Assembly: GCA_010015585.1 (NCBI GenBank)
Contig: ML975160.1
DNA from: Eremomyces bilateralis CBS 781.70
Taxonomy: Eukaryota
Reading direction: 5' to 3' (one strand)
DNA length: 64,000 nt
Position 1 is the first letter of the stretch. Every line of letters begins with the position of its first letter. The notes below the pieces were generated by a model, which saw nothing but the letters and a program-made list of their open reading frames with translations, was not told the origin of the DNA and did not search any database. Shown here piece after piece: positions 1-11,639 of this stretch. A program made the translations under genes and the position numbers.

Positions 1-344
1 AAGTTCACTTGGATCATCGGCCCTCGATACAATTGATGGGGAGGAATGAGACAACCGGAGAGCTGTGGATGGGAAACAGATTTGCTCTGGCGTTTGAATG
101 GCGGACTGAACCGTCATGGATGATATCATGGTCTGCATTGCGGTCACAGGGCTCACGGCGTTGAGCATGATGCGAAATTCTCTACTCTAATACCCAGAGT
201 CTTTCATTATTAACGATGGAGCCTCAAGTGGTTCTCAGCATCATCTGGTTGATATGAAAGGAGACCCGGTTATGCATACCTCAATGGAGGATTGGTGTGA
301 ACATAAAATTAGCAGCGTGGAATTAAACAACAGCAATACCCAAA

Positions 345-955
345 GGGAAAAGATCGACCTACACCCCCCCAAAGGCTCAACCTACACCCTTCGCACGTGA
401 ATTTGAATTCCTGCAATCTGATTGGTCCATTTAGGAACGGTCATATAGCACGTGACTTATTTTGACGACGTCCCTATGGCGCGGGCACCCTATCACCCAT
501 TTGGGGCAACCCCCAAAACCCATTTTGGGCAAACCCCACCCACCCGTCTTGGGCACCCGACCACCCATCTGTGGCACTTACGACCACCCGTTTTAGGCAG
601 ACCCTATCCCCAGTTTTGGGTTAGCCGCTCGTTGTGGCGGCGTAGAAGTGGTCGAGGGCCGTATAGGCGGCAAAGAGTGCCCAAAAGTGGTGGTACAGGG
701 AGTACAAAATGGGTGGTAGGGGTCGCCCAAAATGGGTGGTCGGGTGCCCAAGACGGGTGGGTGGGGTTTGCCCAAAATGGGTTTTGGGGGTTGCCCCAAA
801 TGGGTGATAGGGTGCCCGCGCCATAGGGACGTCGTCAAAATAAGTCACGTGCTATATGACCGTTCCTAAATGGACCAATCAGATTGCAGGAATTCAAATT
901 CACGTGCGAAGGGTGTAGGTTGAGCCTTTGGGGGGGTGTAGGTCGATCTTTTCCC
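345..955. mobile_element. Non-autonomous Mutator/Foldback-like element (MITE-like), 611 bp, 224-bp TIRs, 9-bp TSD ATACCCAAA
   Basis: 345-568 is the reverse complement of 732-955 (termini GGGAAAAGATCGACCTACACC...GGTGTAGGTCGATCTTTTCCC). ATACCCAAA lies immediately outside both ends (336-344 and 956-964). No transposase. Long TIRs, G...C termini and a 9-bp TSD match the MULE superfamily. Confidence 0.93.
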
Positions 956-1293
956 ATACCCAAAACACCATGTCCTTTCTTTCAACCCGCCTGCTTTGAG
1001 TATGGTCCATTACTATCTAGGAACAGCTTATGCTATGTCACTCCACTTTTGATCTGTACTCCTTGTAGATTCTTGAAACTGTTGAGGCCAATTTCTCAAC
1101 GAATGAAGGGCAGCCAGACTGGCATTGGTATCTCCAAGATGGGCAACATCAGTCATATCAGTGACATTTTCATCATCATGACAAGATATACAAATATAAA
1201 ACTGAAGTGCATTAGATACTGGCCATGTAAAGTCTTTGCCAATTAACTAGATCTAAGAAAAGGTGATGCGAAACTCCGATGCGACCGACCCAA

Positions 1294-3190
1294 TCACGAA
1301 AAAAGTTCCGCCTGCGCCTCCAGATCCATCGCCAGGACTTCCAGCTCAAACCCTTTCAACGTATCCTCCACCATCACCGCCGGCTTCCCTCCCTCAAAGC
1401 CATCTTTATCCGTCCCAGAATACTCCCAATACCAACTAACCTTCCCCCCCTCGTTCTTCGATTTCATGCTCCACTTGCCCAATGGTGGCGAGGCATACGC
1501 GCTCGACTGGTTCTCATCCAGCCCGCCCAGCTTGATCCTCCCCCTAACGGACGCGTGCATCCTCTCGTTGGTGTTGCTCAACTTCTCCCGCTGCGGCTTC
1601 CCCGTCAACGGGCCCGTCCGACGGTAAAACCTCGGCGTCCGATCCAAGCTGCCTCCGAGCGACGTTGGGAAATGGACCGACTCGTAAATAATGCCGACGC
1701 CCCATCCCCAGTTACGATGGAGCTTCCCAATGGTTTGTTGCTGTGTGTACCAGGCTTTGTTCCGGGCGACTTGGTCGGAGATGTAGGTGGGGTGGAAGTC
1801 GAGGAATGGCCGCAAGTTCTCCATCATCCATGCGAGGGAGATGGTGGAGCAGGCGGTGTCTTCATAGCTTCCGCCGACGCTGGAGTGTGCGCCTGGAAAC
1901 CAGCATTGTTTGAGGTTCTTTTCACTTGGTAAGTAGGCTGACCCAGATGCAAAGGCACGTTAAGAACTCACAGTTTTTGAACCATCGGGCTTCTCCCAAA
2001 GGGTCGGTCGGAACGCCGCACGCCTCTCGTCAATTGCTAGGGCTTGGAACGCGTTCTCGACATGTGGGTCGATTCCGGTGTCATAGAACGCGTACTCCTC
2101 GGTAGGAATAGATACTGGCAGCCCGAGTTTCGATAGCCACGGCTGGAGAGGGATTCCAAGGGCACCTAACCATGGCGATCTTAGCATCTTTTACAATCTT
2201 GGTAATCCAAAATTCCAACTTATGCATCGCATATGTTGGTCTGGATGTCTCCAATGCGCCAAGCTCGTTTTCAAGATTTAAGAGGTCACGATATGCCTCT
2301 ATGGCGTTCCATCCGAATTGTTTTGACGGACTCTGGTTCAAAGAACGTCGATCAACTCACCAACAGTATCAAACACTCCGATAGCTTTGACGTTCACCAC
2401 TCGAGTCAATTTCATCTGACAGATATTAGCCAATTAGCAAAGCGGAGGCAAGATAAGACCCACATTCAACAGCTTCTGCTTGTATTCCGCTAGATACGAC
2501 TCGATATTCGCAGGGTTCTCGTGGACATTGAAGCCTTTGATATAATCCGGCAGCATCAATTTGTACCCTTTAAACGTCAGTACCAGTATATAGATTTCAG
2601 CAGAATAAATAATTACCTTCCCGTCCCGCATTCTCGTAGTCTTTAAAAATTGGATAGAATGATCTCATGGCATTCTTCTCAAGAAGCCCGATACTCCCTA
2701 TCATCCCCCCAATGCTCCGTGCAATGTATGAACCCCTGGAAAACCCGACTAGGTATATCTCGTCGTCGTTGTCCGCAACAAAGTTGTCAACCAAAAATGC
2801 ATAGGCTTCCCGAATGTTCTGTTGCAATCTCAGCCACATGCAGATCAGGGACGAGTAGTCACAAGAGGGCCATACTTCGCTGATTCCGGCACTAGTGAGC
2901 CCACCCCAGACCTGGTCAAAGACGTTATCGTTGGACCCAATCCCGTTTTGGTAGTACACGATCTGTAGTACTCCTTGATTGTCCTCTGGCATAATGGCAT
3001 CTCGGAGCAGAGTCACATTCGTTGGAGTCTGGAGGCGTCCGGCGCCAAAGATACCATCTTTCTTCCAGCCAGAGTCAGAGTTCTGCCATGTACCTATGCA
3101 TGTTTAGCCAAATGAGAGAAATCGAGGGGAACCATAGGAGTCACCATCGCAGCAGACGACCAGCTTTTTGGAATTTGGTTTATGTACCAT
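1294..3190 (-). CDS. DUF2235 / Tle1-like alpha/beta-hydrolase (putative phospholipase), multi-exon
   Basis: Spliced N-terminus MVHKPNSKKLVVCCDGTWQNSD, then YYQNGIG, NIREAYAFLVDN, nucleophile motif GFSRG, GVFDTVG, AFQALAIDERR and WFPGAHSSVGG. Short GT-AG introns plus one 195-nt intron (2166-2360). Confidence 0.85.
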
Positions 3191-3406
3191 CTTGAAATAT
3201 TATACCACAAAACGCAGTTAGACAGCTGCTCCACGAAGACTTCGGTAGCAAGCGACTTGATAAACGAAAAGAACCACAAGACAACGCTAAAATGAACTCG
3301 AACGATGGAAGACCGGTACTGAAACAAAGAACACTTCATTTCGCAATAGACATGATGAATGATAACAATACTTATCCTTTCTCCCTCTCGGTGTGACCGA
3401 ACAACA

Positions 3407-3596
3407 TCAGACCGCATGGTCTAAATCAGTCTCAGCCTTTACCCATAAAGCCACACGAGGGGGTCGGAATCTACACGAGGTCTAGAACAGCATTGGCATC
3501 TTCAGACCGCATGGTCTAAATCAGTCTCAGCCTTTACCCATAAAGCCACACGAGGGGGTCGGAATCTACACGAGGTCTAGAACAGCATTGGCATCT
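3407..3596. repeat. Exact head-to-tail tandem duplication, 2 x 95 bp
   Basis: TCAGACCGCATGGTCT...CATTGGCATCT occurs at 3407-3501 and again at 3502-3596 with no differences seen. Confidence 0.95.
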
Positions 3597-4091
3597 GCAA
3601 GGGTCGCCAAGGGCTGAAGGACTCCTATCACTGTTGATTTTGAGCGAGCATTGGCGATGAGGTGGTCGGAATTTCCATCGATGGGGTGATACAGATTATC
3701 TTTGGACATATGCACGGAGAGGATGTGAAGAAGATGAGTAGACATCAGTTCGGGGTTGAGGGACAGAAAAAGTTGATGCCTTACATAGTGACCCTGCATG
3801 TGACCAGCACGACTCTATGCCTCAGGCATTAATATATCGATTCAGCCAGCCCCCATCATCCACTCCGGCACTCCAGTGTCCAGATAGATCGACATCTTGC
3901 GGATAGAAAACGTCAGATATCACCAGTGCAATGAACCATTCATCTTTGCCTACCTCCCACGATAATTTGGATTCCTAACCTGATTGTTCGATCGATGCAC
4001 AAGACCACAAGAGCATACAAATAGCTAGCGGAGACAAGATTACCTTGAACCCACACCCTTAACCTCCGTCCTCCATCCCATCTTCCTCACC

Positions 4092-4627
4092 ATGACCTCC
4101 ACTGCCGCCTCCGAACTTGCCTCGACCCTCCAATTCGGCTCCATAAGGCGTCACCCGTCCCCCTCCCACGACATCAATCCCTCCACCACCGCCAGTTCCA
4201 AAGAGCCCGTTACCCTCTCCGAGCCATCCCACGACCGCACTCCCTCCACCACCTCCGACGTCGTCCCGCTATCCGCCCTACGACCCATCCCGAGACGGTC
4301 GACGCTGCCGCCGCTGCCGGATCTACGGTTCGAGCAGAGTTATCTGAAGAGCCTCCAGGAGGCGGAGACGGGGTGGGGGGTGGCGTGGATTACGATACGG
4401 GACCAGGTAGGTTATGGAGCGTGGACGGGGGGGTGTTGGATGGATGGCTTGCTAATGTGATCTTGGGGCAGGTATTCCTTCCGTTGTTTCAGGGGACGCT
4501 GTGGGCGCTGATATTGAGTGGTTGGAGACATTGGCATCAGACTACGTCATTTTCGGGACGGACGGTTGGCGCGAAGATGAGACGATGGTGGTGGGGAGTA
4601 AACGACTGGAAGATACCGAACAGATGA
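4092..4627 (+). CDS. Small fungal membrane protein, DUF1770-like (2 exons)
   Basis: LPPLPDLRFEQSYL ... WITIRDQ / VFLPLFQGTLWALILSGWRHW ... RRWWWGVNDW. Intron ~4407-4471 (GTAGGT...GCTAAT...CAG). Confidence 0.75.
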
Positions 4628-4856
4628 TGGCGGGTGGCCGCTGACATACAATACACACATTAGAACTCACGGTGAGGCGATAAGGACTGGTCCAGAGATT
4701 CCCCAGAAAGATTTTATTTAGATCGGATCCGAAGACCCTTGTATATAATATAATGCGAACCCAAACGCCTTCCGATGCTGCTATATAACCACGACTGACA
4801 TTAGAGTGCCGAGGAGATGGAGTACATTACCACCCAACCAATAACCTCCCCGTCAC

Positions 4857-5822
4857 TCATTCCATTGGCCCAGAGAAAGCCAAAGGAGATCGACCCTTGA
4901 TCCGGGGCAGAGTGGCCTGCGCATTCCTCTGGAACGCCTGGAAGGTGTAGTCGTTGACATTAACCGCGAACACCATGCCGTTGCTGCAGTGGCCGTTGGG
5001 GGTGCCGTTCGCCTGCTTGCAGTAGAAGAAGCGGGGTTTATCGGACGTGAACTCAACCGTCGCGGGGGTCTTCAGCGGCACGTCATCGGGGTTGAAGTTT
5101 TGGAAGTCCGTGTCGATGTCAGTTCCGAATTTCTTCACGCACGGGTTCCAGAACGTGGATTCCGTGAGGGTATGGTTCAGCTTGCGGAAGTCGAAGACGA
5201 CTTTCTCGCCCTTCTTCACCGTCGGGAGGAACGGGGGGGTGAATTGGAGGTTGTTGGATCCATCGGGGTTGAAGCCGCCAGACACAACAACGGTGGCCGT
5301 AGCAGGAGGCGGTGCCGTGTCGGTGGGTGGTGGAGGGGCATCAACGAGGGCGCCGTTCTGGTCCTTCGCACGCTGGATGAACTCGTCCATCTTGCCATTG
5401 GGATTGATGCCGAAGACCATTCCTTGACCACAGTGGTTCTTGTTCGGCTGCTTGCAGTAGAACCATGTCGGCTTCTTGTCTTTCACGTGGAACAGGCGTT
5501 CAAACTCGGCGCTTTCGACGTTGTTGGGATTCGGGATGAGGTCAGTGTCGAAGCCATGTTGGAGGGGTGTGCAAGGCGTGTCGAAGGTCGACTGAGTCGC
5601 GCTGTGGGCGGCGGCGAAGAACCGGAACTTGACCACATCTCCCACCTCAGCATCGATTCGGTCCGGGACATATTTCACGACACCATTCTCGGCAACGAGC
5701 TTGATCTCATGGGTGTGGGCAGGGGACCATGGATGTCCCTTGGTGGGTTTCGGGTCGGAGTGCCAGCCAGCGGCGGCAAGAGAAGCGAGGGTTGCAATTG
5801 TGAAGGTCTGAAAGAAATGCAT
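4857..5822 (-). CDS. Secreted protein with two tandem cupredoxin (phytocyanin-like) domains
   Basis: Signal peptide MHFFQTFTIATLASLAAA. Two repeats of G[DE]xVxFxF..H[ST]xTxSTFxxPC..FYCKQ..HCxxGMVFxxN, separated by a Pro/Thr linker. Intronless 321-aa ORF. Confidence 0.85.
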   Translation of the reverse strand: MHFFQTFTIATLASLAAAGWHSDPKPTKGHPWSPAHTHEIKLVAENGVVKYVPDRIDAEVGDVVKFRFFAAAHSATQSTFDTPCTPLQHGFDTDLIPNPNNVESAEFERLFHVKDKKPTWFYCKQPNKNHCGQGMVFGINPNGKMDEFIQRAKDQNGALVDAPPPPTDTAPPPATATVVVSGGFNPDGSNNLQFTPPFLPTVKKGEKVVFDFRKLNHTLTESTFWNPCVKKFGTDIDTDFQNFNPDDVPLKTPATVEFTSDKPRFFYCKQANGTPNGHCSNGMVFAVNVNDYTFQAFQRNAQATLPRIKGRSPLAFSGPME

Positions 5823-7662
5823 GATTTTGTTTGCAGGTTTTTTTCGGGGTTTTTGTCGAAGATAATATTAAATCAGATGGATCAGCTGGGGACCTGGAGC
5901 CTCTGAAAGATCGTGCGAAAACAGATAGGAAACAAGAAATATACCCAAAAGGAAATAAACAAAGCTGGTTGGTATGAAGCTTTAGATTGTCTGATGGATT
6001 GATAATGGACATAATGAGGTCGAGAAGGATGTTCATCTTTATACCCATTTCATCACCGTCATGCCCCAGTCTGACCATCTTACTTTGTGACATACCATGG
6101 GGCCCGAGATGCAATGCCGTGTTGGTGGCTCACTTCCCATCACGGCGTATGGTGCTCTAAGCCTAGCCATCGTACCTCCAAACCTGGAGATACAGAGTCT
6201 CATGTTTGGGCTCACTTCCCATCGTGGCGCCGGGAGCAACAGCATCCGTCTCACTCCGCCTCAGTGCGAGGAATGGCGGAGGAAGATCGCGGTGGGGGCC
6301 ATGGTGAGATCGACAGAAAATAAGATTAAGCTTCTTCTCAAGGTTATTTCGACAACAGCCTATCATGGACATGAGTGAGCGATGAGGTGTGGTGACTGGT
6401 CTCGCTGGTGAGACGGAATCTGAGGGTGGTGTTCGGAACGGGCCCCAGAGTACACCAGGACACACCTGTCAAACCTGAGGGCTGAGCCAGAGTCTAGATT
6501 GACTTTGATTGTTGAGGTTGAACAGAAGTCAGAAAATGGAGGGCCTGATCACTCACCCTGATCTCTCACCGAGGCCTGACGAGTGGTGCTGAGTGGCGTT
6601 GACAATCCGACATGGACTATGGCGCAGCGCGGCAGAGTTGTCAGCACTCAGCAGTCTGCAGGAGGCCTAAAAATACCTTCTTTGCAGCATTCCTAAAATG
6701 TATTCGTAAAACCCAACATTGGCGCCTTTTCGACAAATGCGCACGAGCTGATTGGTTGATCGAACTCGTCGTGATTCGTTTAACGGACATAATACTACGA
6801 AGATAGAAGTCATTGCTGTGGCACCAAGATGAAGATATCATTGGGTCTGGGACTGCTGACTGGGGGTGAACCGGGAACGAGGAATGCTCCTAACAAAGCT
6901 CCTTGCGACATCTGCATTCTGCCACATCTGCCGCACATCCCTTAAAAATATCCATGACCCTGCGGCATCTGATATTTTTATCTTCAGCTAGATTCTGCAA
7001 GGCGCCTGTCGCCAGACGCCCAGATGGACGCTGGCGGCACGGTTCAATCGGTGGCACTCTGTTGGCGGCACACTTTCAAGCGGCAGACGCCAGACAGGTT
7101 CCAGTAGACTGTCTGTTGACACCACTAGTTGACTGTCTATTCATTATTGTTGACACTTGAGTTGATAATGACGGTACTCCTGCAATAATAATAATAGGTA
7201 CGTAAGGACTGCATCCTGCATGTCTGCAACCGACTCTGCATCCACCAGATTTGGACCGATCGTATTAATTCACGCCCCATTCGCCAGGTTTCAATCCTCG
7301 CTGCCGCTCGCTAGTACTTGCCGCTGTTTATCGGTTGGCGTCGCTCTGTAGTTGAATGGTACTGTTTCGAAACATTTGGAAGTTAGATCAGATTCCTTGT
7401 ACTTATTGGGCCATTTCTCATGAAATGATGGCAACCACCAGTTTCTATTGAAACATCCGGTGGCGCCAAATGTAGGTGGTTGGCTCTTCAGCTCAACCAT
7501 GAGCCCGTCGATACGAAGACTTCTAAATATATTTGAATGACACTGATGACTAGCGAATCGTGTGGATGGAATCGTTCGATATACCCACCTTAGCCGTAGT
7601 CAAGATACAACCCTTTCGAGTCGGGACACCATGTCAAAACTACCTCTCGAGAACATGTCCAC

Positions 7663-8887
7663 TCAATGGATGAGAAAATCTGGGTCAGCCTTGTCGAGCG
7701 GATCCTCCTTGTCGTAACTAGCCGCGATCCGTTCTTTCTTTGACATCTTGACGATATCATACTTGCTCCCTCCGAGTGGTCCATACCGGTCGCTGAGGTC
7801 TTTGAACATCCTCTTGAAATTGAAGCGATCTGGACCGGGGGGGTCCTCGAAATCCTCGAGATCCAGCCCCTCGTCAGCTTGGGCAACGAGCTCGTCAGAG
7901 TCATAGAGTCCTTTAATCTCAACGTTGTGGCTCTTGCAATATGCAATGGCTTGGGAGGGCCACTCTTCGTCATCCATCGCATCGGTGTGCATGGCTGCAA
8001 GCGAGAGGAATAAGCCGACGACGAGGCCGATGTTTTTGATCTTAGAGTCAGGCTTCAGCAGGTCAGCACGCTCAAGGACATTGAGGCCTGTCAGCAAGGC
8101 TTGCCCAACGAGAGCGAGCGTCTGGGCCATACACTCCCCATCTTCCAGCACTAGACCGCTAGTGTGAGCGTGAGGATCCAATTGGAGACGGACTACTTAC
8201 TGTGCCAACCCATCTGATCGTTGATGTAGAAGTATAAACCCATTGCCTCCAAATGGATCCACAGTCGATGAGGGTCACAATTCTTCTTACTGAACTCTTT
8301 CTTAAAGGCGATGAGCTGAGCGATGGTCAGAACAAACTGTTTTGATAGTACTCTTGCACTCACTTGGTTTTCGATGACTTCCTGCATCCCATACCCGGCA
8401 TGGTCATTGTATGTATACATTCCCATCATATCAGGATTGCGTCGAGTGGTGTCATCGCCGTATGTGTTGGCCAAATAATTGCCTTGGCGGGTGATGATCC
8501 ATTTCCATTCCGGATGTTCTTCAGCGGGTTTCTCCGCGTACTTCTCGATCTCGTCCTCGAGTAGCTTCATTTGCTCCTCCGAGGGCTCATCCTCCCAATC
8601 TTCGTCCTCTTCCCATTCTTTCTCCCGGTCTTGCCATGGACGGGCGAGACATATGTACTCGAGGCCCTCTGGGCTGTTTGCCTTCTCCTCAATTCGTTTG
8701 CTTTCCTGCTTCACATGAGGATTTGAATTTTGCTAGGGGTTGAACCAATCATTACCGCATGATACTCCGCTCGCTTTTCAGCCTTAGTTTTCGGCTTGGA
8801 TGATTCTGCTTCCTTTCCAGTGTCCCGTGACTTACGAGCTGGCGCTTCGCTGGTCTCTACTTCGGCGGCTGCTCGCTTGGGAGCCAT
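7663..8887 (-). CDS. Uncharacterised acidic fungal protein (multi-exon)
   Basis: Three consecutive minus-strand ORFs joinable by GT-AG introns (MAPKRAAAE..., LEYICLARPWQD, RRNPDMMGMYTYNDHAGYG, LGGSKYDIVKMSKKER). No family assigned. Confidence 0.7.
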
Positions 8888-11639
8888 CACGGGTTGAATC
8901 AACGAGGTGCGGCTTCAATTCCGTGTTAGGGATGATGGAAAGAGATGAGAGGGCTGTCGACTGGAATTAAATGCGAAGCTGAAAGATAAGTCAATGGGTT
9001 GGAAAAGGAGCAAAGATGGGTTCCCCGTCCCCTAAGTCGTGTTTATGACGCCATGACATCGACGCGTTCCAATAATGAAACGACCTGAACCAGAACCTGA
9101 GCACGTGACATGAATGAGCACGTCAACACGTGATACATCCACCACCACCCTTTTTCCGTTCCAACATCTTTTCCAACATCTGGAATTTAGAACTGAATAT
9201 TCACGTCGCACACATGGCGGCAATGGCGCTCTTGGTCCCACCACCACGCCATACTTCGGACGAGCAGCTTTGATTTGGCAAAGATCGAACAATGGGTTCT
9301 CCAACCAGCGAGCAACTGCTCAAAACCCAACTCCACCAACCATCTTCAGCGTATCTACTGTGTCATTCGATGACCCTCGCCGCAGCATTTCCTCCCTTCC
9401 ATCTTCATTTGGCTAAAGCCTTCATTGGCTAAGAGTTTAGACGAGCCAAACAATCCTATGGACAGGAAAACAGCCTTTGTGCGAACGGCGGATTTCAATC
9501 GTTTACTCCAATCCGTCGAAGTGTGGGAATCGAACGGTGTCTTTCCCACCAGATTATCTGTCCAGATAGGACCACATGGAATCGGCTCATCCAATGGGAC
9601 GTATTGGAAGTGTGAATGATACTAAAATTTCTCACTCTGAAAAGTCATTCGGTATGTTCGTTTCAAGACTCATTAGAAAGAGTGTCGAATTCTCAGTCCT
9701 TCGAAACTGTTCCTTATGTCCTCTGTCAATCCTGATGGTGGGTAAATGTACCTCACCAGACAAGGGTTCTTTCTGCATGTTGGCGTCTCCACCACTTCGC
9801 CGCACATGGCAGTGTAGTGGAATGTATCTAGATAAGGCTATGGAAAGAAAGAATGCAGCATCGTGGCGGGAAGAACCGTTGAGTAGTTGTAGGTCCCTGC
9901 TTTTCCTCGACTAAATCTGCACATCAGCCCGTGGTTACACAGATTGTAGCTACCAAGTTTTAGTACGGAATTATGCATCCCGTCGATCGGCTACATGTTG
10001 TTCGAAGCCACGTCCATTTCCAGTCCTTGTCCAGAGCTCAGAAGGGTAGCAGACTGCAGAATCGATCGACCCACGATCTCGGACAGCCAATATTCGCTGC
10101 AAGGACGAACCGCCATGTTCAAAAGCATGTTACCGTAATCTATCGATTTTTCGTATTACGTCCAGGGGTCCTTCTACCACTTGCGTACGGCTTGACTTCC
10201 CTCGAGAACGTGAAATGGAGCCTTTTGGTTTGATTCGATCTATCCAATTCTTTGCTGTTCAACGGTACTAAACGACGTTGAAATAGGATTGTTGCTTGTG
10301 AGAGGCTACCAACTGAGCGAAGCAGCTACCCTTCTTCCATGTCAGCTTGCGATGTCATGTCGAAACAGGACACAACTGCTGCGAGTAACCAGGGAGTTTT
10401 CGATCGAAGCTTGCCGTGCAACGCAAATCCGTCGATCATTGGACGACATCGCAGACATTCAACGATCCTGCAGATGCGGCGAAAGCCACCTCAAGATCCG
10501 TGCAGGCCAACGTGGGTGGGTGCGAGCTTTGTGTAACCCGCTCAACTACGCCGTTAACCCTAAGTCACTTTTGATCCCTTCGACATGTTTATGGCCCGTG
10601 TTTCGAATGCTGCACCTGGTTCCCAGTTCAAATCACGAGTCTCCATTTCAGTCCTGGCGGGGGGCTACTGGACATGATTGGTGCGGCCGATGAGTCCTGC
10701 TATACCGCATCTGAAATTCTCCATCAGCCTCCTGTTGACATTCTTAGCCGATGAATCGACTTCGACAGTCTAGTCCACCAGGGTTCTTTGTACTCGGATG
10801 GAGTTGATTCAGGTGAGACTGAGATCGAGACCGAGATTGTGACCGAGTCATAGCGTGAATAGGAAGAGCTAGGACTGATTCGACTTATGGCTTTAGGATG
10901 AAGATGGCGAGTGCCATATTCCTGAGTTTTCATTCCTCTAGGGAGGCGTTTATGGAAGCTGACGCTACCACCAAGCACGGGGTCCCCGTCCCCAGCATTC
11001 CACTGACGTGCGGGACCTTGCAGCGATCTAGGAAATCGACTGCTGTGCCGCAACCAATATTTACGAGGACGGCACACATCCAAGTTCCAAGATGTTCTGC
11101 ACGCAAGGTCCCGTTTCCCTATCATGAAGACCCTTCATTGTGCATCTCCAGGTCTGTGGTTCTTGAGTTCACTTCAGATTTGGAACATCCCTTGCGCTCT
11201 GTAGGAACCAGGGTCCTCACCTGGACCAAGTGTGGTCATTCTCTTGATCTCGCTCGCCGATTTGGTCAAGCGTTGCTTGACACCACCCCGGTATTCTCCT
11301 CGTCATTCCAACGACACTGGTCGCGTATAACGGTCGCGCTTCAAGTTTGGTTCTACCGTATCATGTTGTTGTACAAACTCCAGTGGCCGGGGAAAGTGGT
11401 CGGGGAACTGCATTTCCCTACATCCATTTGAAGTCTGGTTTTGCTTTGAAAAGCATCCCGCCCCTCCCTCCGATCTTCAACTCATTCTTGAATTCCTCCC
11501 CATGAGCCTTCCACATGGTTGATCCATTTTGACTCGTCGCTCATACAAAATCCCCTTCTATTATTCTTCTATCAGCTTCATGCTGACTTCGTGGGTCTCG
11601 AAAACAGTGCATAATTTTCGTGCAAAAGCAAAAGGAAAC

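Noticed and set aside
483..817. Regularly spaced short repeats reminiscent of a CRISPR array or telomeric repeat
   Set aside because: Eukaryotic context, degenerate adjoining units without unique spacers, no cas genes, no TTAGGG; explained as TIR sub-repeats.
452..848. Two ORFs on opposite strands starting with the same peptide MTYFDDVPMARAPYHPFG
   Set aside because: A by-product of the inverted repeat; GTG starts and no transposase motifs.
9355..9914. Short ORFs on both strands upstream of the C2H2 gene
   Set aside because: No recognisable motif and no convincing spliced model; may be non-coding.
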